A DNA stretch of 51,258 nucleotides, from the NCBI RefSeq assembly GCF_001194135.2, contig NC_068997.1, positions 33,588,505 to 33,639,762 on the forward strand, in the 5' to 3' direction. The notes under the pieces were generated by a model. The model worked only from the letters and a program-made list of their open reading frames with translations, was not told where the DNA came from and ran no database searches. How positions within the stretch are numbered: position 1 is the stretch's first letter; every line of letters begins with the position of its first letter. A program made the translations under genes and the position numbers. Shown piece after piece: positions 1-10,460 of the stretch. This stretch comes from Octopus bimaculoides (lineage: Eukaryota).

Positions 1-736
1 CAGAGATACCCGGCATTGCCCATGTTACATGCAATTGAAGAATTAGACTTTTCTGTTATATTTTCTCTAATGAACTGGAATACTTATGATTCGAATTTCA
101 TCAAAATTGCAGATGAGGGTTCTTTCCCTCTTTACACACCCTAAAAAAATTCTAATCATGACACATACTACTGATCTTTATGTGTAGATTCCAAAATTCC
201 AATCTTATGGAACCTTTTAAAAGATTTTGCTCCTGAAAAATGGAGGTCATGGAGCTCTAAAATGTGGGAGTTAAGGCCCCTATTGGGGGTGGGTGTCTTA
301 ATGTCAACCAGAGAAGTTGAATTGTTGAGAATCTTTTTAAGTTGGGGCATATATGTATTGTTCGAATTTGTTTGAGATAGGAAATATATGTATGTTCACT
401 GGGTTTGTAAAAGAAAGCAAAGCTACAGGAAACCAAAAGACGAATGATCACAATACGCAGTCAGCTACCCTACCCTAGTCGTTAATACTCCCCAGTGTAA
501 GATTCCTCACCATACAGGTGACAGGCACAGCCGTAAGATGCAATATGAATCTATAGCAATTGGAAAAGCGAGACCCAACTGAAACATTAACAACTGTGTG
601 ACGTGAGGGCTAAGGGGAAATGAAAGTGTCACCTCTGGAGTTTGCAAATGACAACTATACCGATAGGTAACTGGACAGAATAAATTTACAATCTATAAAT
701 GTCTTCCAATGTTGTACAGGAGCTAGCTTAAAAGCT

Positions 737-953
737 AAACAATAAAAATAGAAATGACAGTCTTCTTTCAGACATAAATTTAAACTCAAAATTAGTTTAC
801 CTTTCTTGACCTCTATAATTCATTAAAACCTCATCTATTTTTTTTAAATCTTGTATTTTAATCATGAAAATTGTCTACAAATGAATATTAATTACATCAT
901 GTACATGTCTGATTAATGACAAAAATATTTCTGATACCGGCGTGAATAAACAT
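737..953 (+). repeat. Direct repeat copy 1 (about 215 bp); copy 2 at 3308-3521
   Basis: Alignable end to end, with about 16 differences. Confidence 0.95.
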
Positions 954-957
954 ACAT

Positions 958-1002
<45 letters not shown>

Positions 1003-1206
1003 NNNNNNNNNNNNNNNNNNNNNNNNNNNNNNNNNNNNNNNNNNNNNNNNNNNNNNNNNNNNNNNNNNNNNNNNNNNNNNNNNNNNNNNNNNNNNNNNNN
1101 NNNNNNNNNNNNNNNNNNNNNNNNNNNNNNNNNNNNNNNNNNNNNNNNNNNNNNNNNNNNNNNNNNNNNNNNNNNNNNNNNNNNNNNNNNNNNNNNNNNN
1201 NNNNNN

Positions 1207-1451
1207 GTAAAATACACCATTTTGAGCATGGCCGTTGCTAGTACCGCCTGACTGGCCTTCGTGCTGGTGGCACGTAAAAGCACCCACTACACTCTCGGAG
1301 TGGTTGGCGTTAGGAAGGGCATCCAGCTGTAGAAATTCTGCCAAATCAGATTGGAGCCTGGTGTAGCCATCTGGTTTCACCAGTCCTCAGTCAAATTGTC
1401 CAACCCATGCTAGCATGGAAAGCGGACGTTAAACGATGATGATGTTGATAA

Positions 1452-1455
<4 letters not shown>
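1207..1455 (+). mobile_element. RTE LINE 3'UTR/tail fragment between (TA)n tracts
   Basis: ...GTGGTTGGCGTTAGGAAGGGCATCCAGCTGTAGAAA...AGCGGACGTTAAACGATGATGATG, nearly identical to the reverse complement of 41500-41690. Confidence 0.85.
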
Positions 1456-1502
<47 letters not shown>

Positions 1503-1965
1503 TGTGTATACACCCACAACCTATCTACTACGTATGTATGTATATCATTTCTAAACATCTACATAGATATGTAGGCATTGCTGTATTTGCTCACAAAATG
1601 CATGTGACATACAAAAATGTGTGAAATGTACACAAAGCATGTAAATGCATATGGCATGCTTATATGAATTAATAAATGTAAATTATGTACAAGTTTATTT
1701 CTAGAAGTTTTGGAACTGTTTTTTAGGAAAAACCATTCCAACTGTCTTAGATTATTGTAATTTCAGTATATCATTACTATACATTTAATAAGCTGACCTG
1801 CCAACTTTTGTTATTCCAAATTGAAGGAGACAGTTGCAACAATACTTTAAACACACCCTACTAAACACTACTTGTCTTAGCTGACTAGTTTGCAGAATTC
1901 AATCATGATGTGAAGATAATTTGGAAGAAACTTCAGACTCCTTATGGCATTAACTTGTATGAGCT

Positions 1966-2269
1966 CTCTTTTACTTGTTTCAGTCATTTATGACTGCGGC
2001 CATGCTGGAGCACTGCCTTTAGTCGAGAAAATCGACCCCAGGACTTATTCTTTAGAAGCCTAGTACTCATTCTATCGGTCACTTTTTGCCGAACCGCTAA
2101 GTTACGGGGACGTAAACACACCAGCATCAGTTGTCAAGCGATGGTGGGGGGACAAACACAGACACACAAACATATATATATATATATATACATACACATT
2201 TACGACAGGCTTCTTTCAGTTTCCGTCTACCAAATCCACTCACAAGGCTTTGGTTGGCCCGAGGCTATA
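1966..2269 (-). mobile_element. tRNA-derived SINE, family A (5' head lost in the gap)
   Basis: Body shared with 46903-47366; CpGs largely retained. Confidence 0.85.
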
Positions 2270-2299
2270 NNNNNNNNNNTTTTTTTTTTTTTTTTTTTT

Positions 2300-2798
2300 T
2301 TGCTGGCACAAGAGTCCACTAGGAAAACAAGTCCACTGGGAAGCTCACGATGTTCCACTTTTTGAACAGCAGGGGCATCAACTACATCTAATGGGTTCCC
2401 TCTGAACAGACAGTCAATAAATAGTACTTTGTGGAGGTTTTGAGGAAGGGATTTTGTCACAATAGGCCAGATACCTACATCAGGAAAATGGCCCAGTCCA
2501 CAATTCTATCCTTGTAACGAACTACTTGGTAAAGATGATCGTCAAAACTCTCTCACCCTCCTTAGACCTTGCTCCCAGTGACTTTTGGTTGTTCCCCAAA
2601 GGTGAAGAAGATAAGGAAATTGTGACAAGTATCCTAAACACCTTCACTTTAGAGGACTTCCTGAAGTGACTGGAGTGCTACAATATGTGCATTGAAGTGA
2701 GAGGATCCTAATTTGAAGGAGATTAGAGTTTTGTATTCTTTGAAATTAATTAATATCTCTCCTGAAAAAGTTTCAAAACTTCTGGAATGCATTTTGTA
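2300..2798 (+). mobile_element. Decayed mariner transposase 3' half
   Basis: Translates with frameshifts to ...GKLTMF.FLNSRGINYI.WVP..QTVNK.YFVEVL...HPP..DLAPSDFWLFPK...YNMCIEVRGS.FEGD*, the mariner YSPDLAP.D region. Confidence 0.85.
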
Positions 2799-5469
2799 AA
2801 ATTCTCTATTAAATTGTGTGTGTATATAAATAACTTATAAATTTGCAGGTCTGCGCAAATTAGCTAACAGAAAGAAGAAACGTCTAAATGAAATTGGAAC
2901 TGAATGATAATTGACCGGGATTTATGAACCTCGATGGTACTAAAAAAAAAAAGAAAAAAATCCTACAAACGCGTCAAGCGGAATATTCCCGCTTCCTTAT
3001 TATCTGATTGAAAGCATACGTTTCCTACAGAAATATTGAGAACATTCGGTTTTGAGCATTTGAACGGAATGGTGGAAGGAATATGGGATTGCATGATTTA
3101 TTTCCTTTTCAATAGCGTGTAAAGAGAACGTGAACTGGCAAATCGAAACCGGCTCACTGTAATTTTCACATCTACATCAGTATTACTCAAACAGGGCTCT
3201 CATAACAGACAAGGCTTGTGAACGCTGATATTTCAATTTAAATACTAACACATCAACCTCCATAAATCTTCTCACTTATCAGATACCTATTAACTTTTCT
3301 TCCTATTAAACAATAAAAACAGAAACGACAGTCTTCTTTCAGACATATTTAAACTCAAATTAGTTTACCTTTCTTGACTTCTATAATTAATTAAAACCTC
3401 ATCTATTTTTTTAAAATCTTGTACTTTAATCACGAAAATTGTCTACAAACGAATATTAATTTCATCATGTACATGTCTGATTAACGACAGAAATATTTCC
3501 GATACCGGCGTGAATGAACATGCACTGCTAGCCATTAGTAAGCGCAGTCAAAATAAAAGCTTCCTCTTTCACCAGTTGTATATCATTATTCTCTTCCCTT
3601 CGTTTTTTTAAATGTTTATTTTAATTTCCCATTTTACTGTCTTCCTTCTTTATCGAAAATATTCATGTAATTACAAGGTTATTCACGGCTGCAAGGNNNN
3701 NNNNNNNNNNNNNNNNNNNNNNNNNNNNNNNNNNNNNNNNNNNNNNNNNNNNNNNNNNNNNNNNNNNNNNNNNNNNNNNNNNNNNNNNNNNNNNNNNNNN
3801 NNNNNNNNNNNNNNNNNNNNNNNNNNNNNNNNNNNNNNNNNNNNNNNNNNNNNNNNNNNNNNNNNNNNNNNNNNNNNNNNNNNNNNNNNNNNNNNNNNNN
3901 NNNNNNNNNNNNNNNNNNNNNNNNNNNNNNNNNNNNNNNNNNNNNNNNNNNNNNNNNNNNNNNNNNNNNNNNNNNNNNNNNNNNNNNNNNNNNNNNNNNN
4001 NNNNNNNNNNNNNNNNNNNNNNNNNNNNNNNNNNNNNNNNNNNNNNNNNNNNNNNNNNNNNNNNNNNNNNNNNNNNNNNNNNNNNNNNNNNNNATATATA
4101 CATATATATATATATATATATATGTATATTTCGTTTTTGGATTTGGTTTGCATGATTCTTTGAGTTCGTGTGTTGAAGCATATTCTGTTGTGCCTGGGGA
4201 GTCATTCTCTTTTAGTGCCTTATAATTTAAAACACTCACCGGTAAAAGTTAAATTATAAGACACTAAAAGAGAATGACTCTCCCCAAGACAACAATATAT
4301 ATGTATGTATATATATATATATATATATATATACATGCACACACACACATATAGATAGATAGATAATGCGTGTGTGTGTTGTTCTCTATAAGGAAGTATT
4401 TCTATCCTTGTTTGAAAACGATAGAGAACATGTTCGACCACAGGTTAGCTTTATTAGAGGATACTAACTAATCAGCGTCTTATCTTGACATGGTATATCT
4501 ATGACTATGCTATTTATTATGTTTTTTTTAAGACAGTAGGATGTGATTTGAAGAAAATTTGACAGGCTGCTGTGTGAAGACTGCTAGTTCGAGAGATGTA
4601 AATGTAACAGTGGAAGGTTCTTATTTTGTATTAATTGGATTTCGTTAGTTTTGTTCTAGTTAGAAGAAAGCATGTTTTCTTAGATTTAGGTAACAGCAAT
4701 ATATAGAATAAATCGTTCGCTAATGTAAATTAAATAATCAGTGTTTGACAAACAATGATAAAATCTATGACCGAGAAGTAAATAATAGCAGCACGGGATC
4801 GTAAAGTATATTTGCCACCAAAATGTGGCAGGCCCATAGGGGACGATGCTACTGTTGTTTATAGCCCCAGGAAGACATCTCCACCAGCTGGCTAACGACA
4901 AACTGTGTCCGAAGGGAAATCACCATTCTCATCTCTAGCCTTATATATAAAAATAACTAGGTAGACATATTTATTGATAATAAAGAGATTTCCGTGTGGA
5001 TACGATATAGTGCAGATAATGATTTAGGAATGACCACTCCCTCAATTTAAAATATCCTATCCATGCTCTCATGTATAAAATTAGAGTACACTTTTTTTGT
5101 GTGGAGGAGGGGGAATAGATATGAGATCTTTTCTGTTGCCATTACAGCTTTCAATTCTTTAAAAAAATTGTTCCAATTGTTTTGAAATTTGGTGTACCGA
5201 TTTAGTTTTGTATGTTAATTATGAAATTGAAATTCATTTTTGCCATAAATTAGCAAATTTTGGGTAATTTTAGCCAATTGAAAGTCACAGACGCATAGGT
5301 GCTTATTTCCATAGTAACGAGCTGTTGTGTACTGCCCGAACTATCATCAACATCATGTGTATTTCTTTTCTTTTCTTTTTTTTTCTAGCCTTATGTATTT
5401 TCTCTAAAACTCTACATTTTTTCTTAAACTCTAACCCTTACCACTAATTCTAACACAGTTTGTTGCTTT

Positions 5470-6446
5470 GGATCTTTATGATTTGACGGCCAACACTTGT
5501 TTTCTTAACGAAACACTTTCAAACTTGGAACACTGGTAGAATGTGTCATACAAAACAACTTCTCTTAGCCTTCTTAACAAAAATTGTACATCGCAAGTTA
5601 TTTCATGTTAAAGNNNNNNNNNNNNNNNNNNNNNNNNNNNNNNNNNNNNNNNNNNNNNNNNNNNNNNNNNNNNNNNNNNNNNNNNNNNNNNNNNNNNNNN
5701 NNNNNNNNNNNNNNNNNNNNNNNNNNNNNNNNNNNNNNNNNNNNNNNNNNNNNNNNNNNNNNNNNNNNNNNNNNNNNNNNNNNNNNNNNNNNNNNNNNNN
5801 NNNNNNNNNNNNNNNNNNNNNNNNNNNNNNNNNNNNNNNNNNNNNNNNNNNNNNNNNNNNNNNNNNNNNNNNNNNNNNNNNNNNNNNNNNNNNNNNNNNN
5901 NNNNNNNNNNNNNNNNNNNNNNNNNNNNNNNNNNNNNNNNNNNNNNNNNNNNNNNNNNNNNNNNNNNNNNNNNNNNNNNNNNNNNNNNNNNNNNNNNNNN
6001 NNNNNNNNNNNNNNNNNNNNNNNNNNNNNNNNNNNNNNNNNNNNNNNNNNNNNNNNNNNNNNNNNNNNNNNNNNNNNNNNNNNNNNNNNNNNNNNNNNNN
6101 NNNNNNNNNNNNNNNNNNNNNNNNNAATAACAAGTGCAGGCAATATTCAAGTATTTTGATGGCTTTTTCCCCTTTGTTTACGAACAGTCTAGTTAATCGG
6201 AAATGTCAGAACTAACGGGGATTAATACCATATACACCGTCACAGCACTAACTGTATTCAACTGAATAGACGTCAGTGATTAGTTGAAATTATCGAAATA
6301 AGACAATTTTTAACGTGAAATAACTTCGGATACAAAATTTTTTATCTGTTCTATACCACAAAATATACAAGTATACAAAGTTTGAAAGTGTTTCGGTACC
6401 AAAAACACTACATAAAAAAATGTTGGCCGTCAAACCCTAAAGATCC
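5470..6446. mobile_element. Element bounded by inverted repeats (MITE or non-autonomous DNA transposon), with an internal assembly gap
   Basis: GGATCTTTATGATTTGACGGCCAACA (5470) versus TGTTGGCCGTCAAACCCTAAAGATCC (6421-6446); GAAACACTTTCAAACTT versus AAGTTTGAAAGTGTTTC. Confidence 0.5.
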
Positions 6447-7255
6447 GTTGCTTTTGTAATTTTTCACAAAATATTTCATTGAGGATTTTTTTTTCCTTTT
6501 TAAATTATTTACTTACTTGTTCAACTGTTTCACATGACTTAAGTCATTAGAATAACTTTCATCGCTGTAATGTTTGCTTTCATTTTGGTTATTAAAACTT
6601 TTCGTAATGTTTTTGCTTTCACTTTGTGAAAATGCCAGCTTCCAAATTTCTGTTTTCTGATCGGGTAATCAAACTTGAAACCATTTTCTAAAATTTTTCT
6701 AGAAAAAAAAAATTACAAAATCAGATGAAAAATTACATTAATATTACAAAATTTTAAAATTTTCACTTTATTTAAAAATTTCAAAATCTGTGACAGCAAC
6801 AGAAAATATACTTAATCTCAATTATTCTCTTTCAAATCTCAGGCCTTCTTTCTATATTAGAAACATTATTATTATTGCTATCACCAAAATTTCAGGCTTT
6901 GTACCTGTGTAGAAAAAATGACCATTATTAGTTTTAGAATCATTATCATGCTAGGCATAATGCTTAGCAGTATTTCTTTTGGCTTCAAATGCCACTGAGG
7001 TCAACGTTGCCTTTTCTCTTTTGGGATTGATAAAATAAGTAGCTGTTGAGCACTGGGATCTATGTAATTGACTTCCTGGATCTTGTCAGATTTCTTCCAA
7101 ATTTCTTCAAATTTTCACCAGATTATTTTCAAAAAATGTAGTTCTAATGTAGTTTTGCTGGCTGATGAAGATCATATTCATTTTCTCAGGAAATTAATAA
7201 TAGAATAGTTACAAGCATTTAAAACTATATGATTTTAGGCAATCAAAGTTGTGAT

Positions 7256-7399
7256 ATTATTTACATTTGACGGATATTTGTTCTCATCTTGTTTGTTGTT
7301 AACACAACATTTCGGCTGATATACCCTTCAGCCTTCATCAGGTGTCTTGGAGAAATTTCGAACCTGGGTTCTTATTCCTAAGGTATTTTTTGATATTAC

Positions 7400-7431
<32 letters not shown>
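7256..7431 (-). mobile_element. Inverted copy of the 3' part of the same element
   Basis: Reverse complement of about 7470-7652 with few mismatches; forms a fold-back arm of about 175 bp. Confidence 0.85.
7301..7346 (-). ncRNA. Minimal type I hammerhead ribozyme motif (one C>T in stem III)
   Basis: Minus strand reads GACAC-CTGATGA-A-GGCTG-AAGGGTATAT-CAGCC-GAAA-TG-TT-GTGTT: intact core, stem II GGCTG/CAGCC, stem I GACAC/GTGTT. Confidence 0.7.
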
Positions 7432-7433
<2 letters not shown>

Positions 7434-7464
7434 CCAAGATTCCAAGTTCTATTCCAGGCAGTGA

Positions 7465-7506
<42 letters not shown>

Positions 7507-7670
7507 CATCAAAAAATACCTTAGGAATGAGAACCCAGGTTCGAAATTTCCCCAAGACATCTGATGAAGGCTGGAGGGTATATCAGCCGAAACGTGTTAA
7601 CAACAAACAAGATGAGGACAAATATCCGTCAAATGTAAATAATGTAAATAATTCCTCATCTCTTAAATAT
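7431..7670 (+). mobile_element. tRNA-headed, hammerhead-containing SINE-like element (5'-truncated in the tRNA head)
   Basis: Partial tRNA-like head with B-box-like AAGTTCTATTCC (7444-7455), then (AAT)n, then a conserved body with a hammerhead core, ending ...AATGTAAATAATTCCTCATCTCTT. Homologous to 50346-50620. Confidence 0.75.
7556..7598 (+). ncRNA. Minimal hammerhead ribozyme motif (3-nt deletion at the cleavage site/stem I)
   Basis: GACAT-CTGATGA-A-GGCTG-GAGGGTATAT-CAGCC-GAAA-CGT-GTT. Confidence 0.6.
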
Positions 7671-7959
7671 AGAATTGCAAGCGAGGATGGCTGAATATAC
7701 TGAAAGTTGTGACTGTTTGTCCCTATGAGAGTAGCACACTCAAAACCTTTGCATGGTTTTATGTCCTGCAAGAAATTGCAGCTAAATCTTCCTTAAACTA
7801 CACAATCTGGTTAGGTTAGTAATGGGAATATGTGCTATTGCAGCAGATTGCTGCATTCACCATTTGTTGGTATATTCCCAGGTCCTCACAGGTCATCTGT
7901 CAAGCAGAATCATAGTCAGTCCCCATCTCCACAAGATATCTCCCTATCTGTTGTGACCA

Positions 7960-8400
7960 TGTGGCATGTGATCAACCAATATGAATTGTCAACTGGATCC
8001 TCAGTGAAGTGAACATGGTAAGAAGGGTCTCACTTGGAGATCATCAGTGGCTGGAGCAGTCAAGGTTCACACCAAAGAGGTCAACTACCAATAGGATCCT
8101 GGCTCTTTGTTTACTCATTGTATGCAAGCAGAGCTTTCAGCAAGAGCTGCTTGCAGTCTCTGTTGACCTCCACAAAATGTTTGACTTGGTGGACAGGGAT
8201 GTACTTTGAGGATTCTGGAGCTGCAAGGTATACCTTCTCAACTGATCAGGCTGATGATGGCCTTGTACGCTAGGACAATTAATGTAGTTTAAATTTGTGG
8301 CTCAGCATCTGACTTTTTCCCTGTCAGATCTGTGGTCCATCAGGGTTGTATCTTGACTCTCACTCTGTTCAATACCTGCTTCATGTTTGAAACTACATCA
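7960..8400 (+). mobile_element. Decayed RTE-clade LINE RT fragment
   Basis: (G)FTPKRSTTNRILAL...VDLHKMFDLVDRDVL (RT motifs). Confidence 0.8.
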
Positions 8401-8906
8401 TAATGTCTAAAAAAAAAAACCAAAAAAGGACAACACATTGTGTCCCAGCACAAGAAAGAAGACTATGCCAACATTCTTTCTTGCACACTATATCTGATTC
8501 CTCTTATGCACAATTTTTCTCTCGACATGTTTGTACTTTGTTGTCCAAGCATGCATGCATTTTGTGCTAGCTTTATTTCTTTTTAGTTTTCACAAGCCCT
8601 TTATGTTCACAGCCCACGTTCTAGTATCATGTAGCATTGCAGTTCATACACAAACATCATGCAAACTACCTTTCACTCTGAGTGAGAGACTTTTTGTTAC
8701 CAATAGAGGTTAAAGTTCTCTGGACTTTCTCCAGCTTGTTCTTGTTCTTTCAGAATGTTCTCTTCCATTGCTAATTAGGTAATAGGAGCTATCTACCACC
8801 TCTAAAGAACTTCCTGAGCATTTGAGAATGTTTATTTCCTGTACATTGTTAGTATTTATTCTCCTGAGTATATCTGCTACATACATATGCTATGTACTAT
8901 ACTATA

Positions 8907-8941
<35 letters not shown>

Positions 8942-9171
8942 NNNNNNNNNNNNNNNNNNNNNNNNNNNNNNNNNNNNNNNNNNNNNNNNNNNNNNNNNNN
9001 NNNNNNNNNNNNNNNNNNNNNNNNNNNNNNNNNNNNNNNNNNNNNNNNNNNNNNNNNNNNNNNNNNNNNNNNTGTATCTATTCAGTCATACATATACATA
9101 TATATTCATATACATACATAAAGATATTAATATTTCTAAGTCTCTCTAAAGGAGACTACGGCAGTGGTACT

Positions 9172-9780
9172 GGATATTAATAGTTATCGCCAAGCCAACA
9201 TGGCAGTCTAAAAGATAGGACGAATGCTGCCGTTGATTAGCTCCAAGAGGCCATCGCCTCTGGCTAGCTATGTGACACACGAACCTGTGTCCATTATAAC
9301 CTTCGAACAGGGGAGGTCAGCCGCTTCACCTTGCTGGTCTGGCATGTACAGACTAGTTTCGGGGTATTGCCCCTTGTCAATGGTTATAAAGGACACAGGT
9401 TTGTGTGTTACATAATGGGTAGACAATGGGTAGGCCTTATCTAACTAGAGGACATGTTCTTCATGTGTGTGTGTGTGTGCTCTTTATGTATCAAGTTCTT
9501 CCTCTTTGTAAAGCATTCGTCCTATATTTTNNNNNNNNNNTCTTCATGTGTGTGTGTGTGTGCACTTTATGTATCAAGTTCTTCCTCTTTGTAAAGCATT
9601 CGTCCTATATTTTGGACTGCCATGTTGGCTTGGCGATAACTATTAATATACATACATATATGCATATGTGAGTTTGTTTTTTACAAAGAGGAAGAACTTG
9701 ATACATAAAGAGCACACACACACACACACATGAAGAACATGTCCTCTAGTTAGATAAGGCCTACCCATTGTTTACCCAAA
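9172..9780. mobile_element. Nested inverted-repeat cluster from a second PLE-like element family
   Basis: Three inverted pairs: about 9175-9228 with 9596-9649; 9269-9301 with 9382-9414; 9415-9517 with 9680-9778. Confidence 0.65.
9346..9385 (-). ncRNA. Degenerate minimal hammerhead motif, second family
   Basis: Minus strand reads AACCA-TTGACAA-GGGG-CAATA-CCCC-GAAA-CTAG-TC-TGTAC: stem II GGGG/CCCC, palindromic stem III ACTAGT, GUC triplet. The core has two substitutions relative to CTGANGA and stem I is weak. Confidence 0.45.
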
Positions 9781-10015
9781 GTAAAACTATAATATATTTT
9801 TAATAAAAATAAATGATTTCATTATAGTGATCCTAATCACCTGCAGCTTTTACTATAACTATTAGATAAATATCTCTTTTCATTTAAAAGCAATGCAGAG
9901 TCACGACAACAGGTATTATGTAGAGATGTGAGTTTTCAGATGACCAATAGAAAGACAATATTTGTTACTCAATTAGCAGACATATGCACTTTCAGATGGT
10001 GAGGATTATTATTGT

Positions 10016-10232
10016 TTTCAAATTTTGGCACAAGGCCAGCAAGTTCGGGGAGGGGGGCTAAGTGGATTAGCATCAAACCCCAGCGCTCAACTGGTACTTA
10101 TTTTATCAACCCCAAAAGGATGAAAGGCAAAGTTGACCTCAGTGGAATTTGAACACAAAATGTGAAGATGGATGAAATGTTGCTAAGCGTTTTTTGCACA
10201 GCATACTAACGATTCTGTCTGCTCACTGCCTT
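10016..10232 (-). mobile_element. tRNA-derived SINE family B (other copies: 6950-7082 +, 10545-10692 +, 14815-14945 -, 36121-36333 +)
   Basis: Shared GAGCTGGCAGAATCGTTAGCA...GAGTTCAAATTC...GACTTTGCCTTTCATCCTTT...AAGTACCAGTTGAGC; A- and B-box-like motifs. Confidence 0.75.
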
Positions 10233-10286
10233 TTCTGATAATTATCATTGATAACATGTAGAAGAAAATTCTATTTTTCCACTAAC

Positions 10287-10460
10287 CAAAGTGAATGGAG
10301 CTTTGGCCAGGAGGAATTGATATCATCAAATGGTATCCAGCGACCATTGGGTGTTTTCAACCCTGAACCATAACACCCTCCCATTGGTAGGCCAGCAGTG
10401 GTGACCAAATCACTGCTTATTATGTTGTTAATTAGCTTTTTTTCATTTAACATTGGGTGG
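10287..10460 (-). other. Exon-like open segment of unknown identity (HPMLNEKKLINNIISSDLVTTAGLPMGGCYGSGLKTPNGRWIPFDDINSSWPKLHSLW)
   Basis: Acceptor GTTTTGTTAG|, donor TG|GTTAGT; 174 nt, phase 2-2, stop-free. Product not recognised. Confidence 0.4.

Noticed and set aside
168-451. Short ORFs at the window start
   Set aside because: No recognisable domain or splice framework; probably a decayed repeat.
2976-2994. Near-perfect palindrome AAGCGGAATATTCCCGCTT
   Set aside because: A single 19-nt palindrome can arise by chance in 51 kb; no supporting context beyond local CpG richness.
9465-9615. Apparent tandem duplications around 10-N gaps (also about 14110-14290 and 16000-16030)
   Set aside because: Near-identical flanks on both sides of a 10-N gap are most likely unmerged contig overlaps (assembly artefacts).
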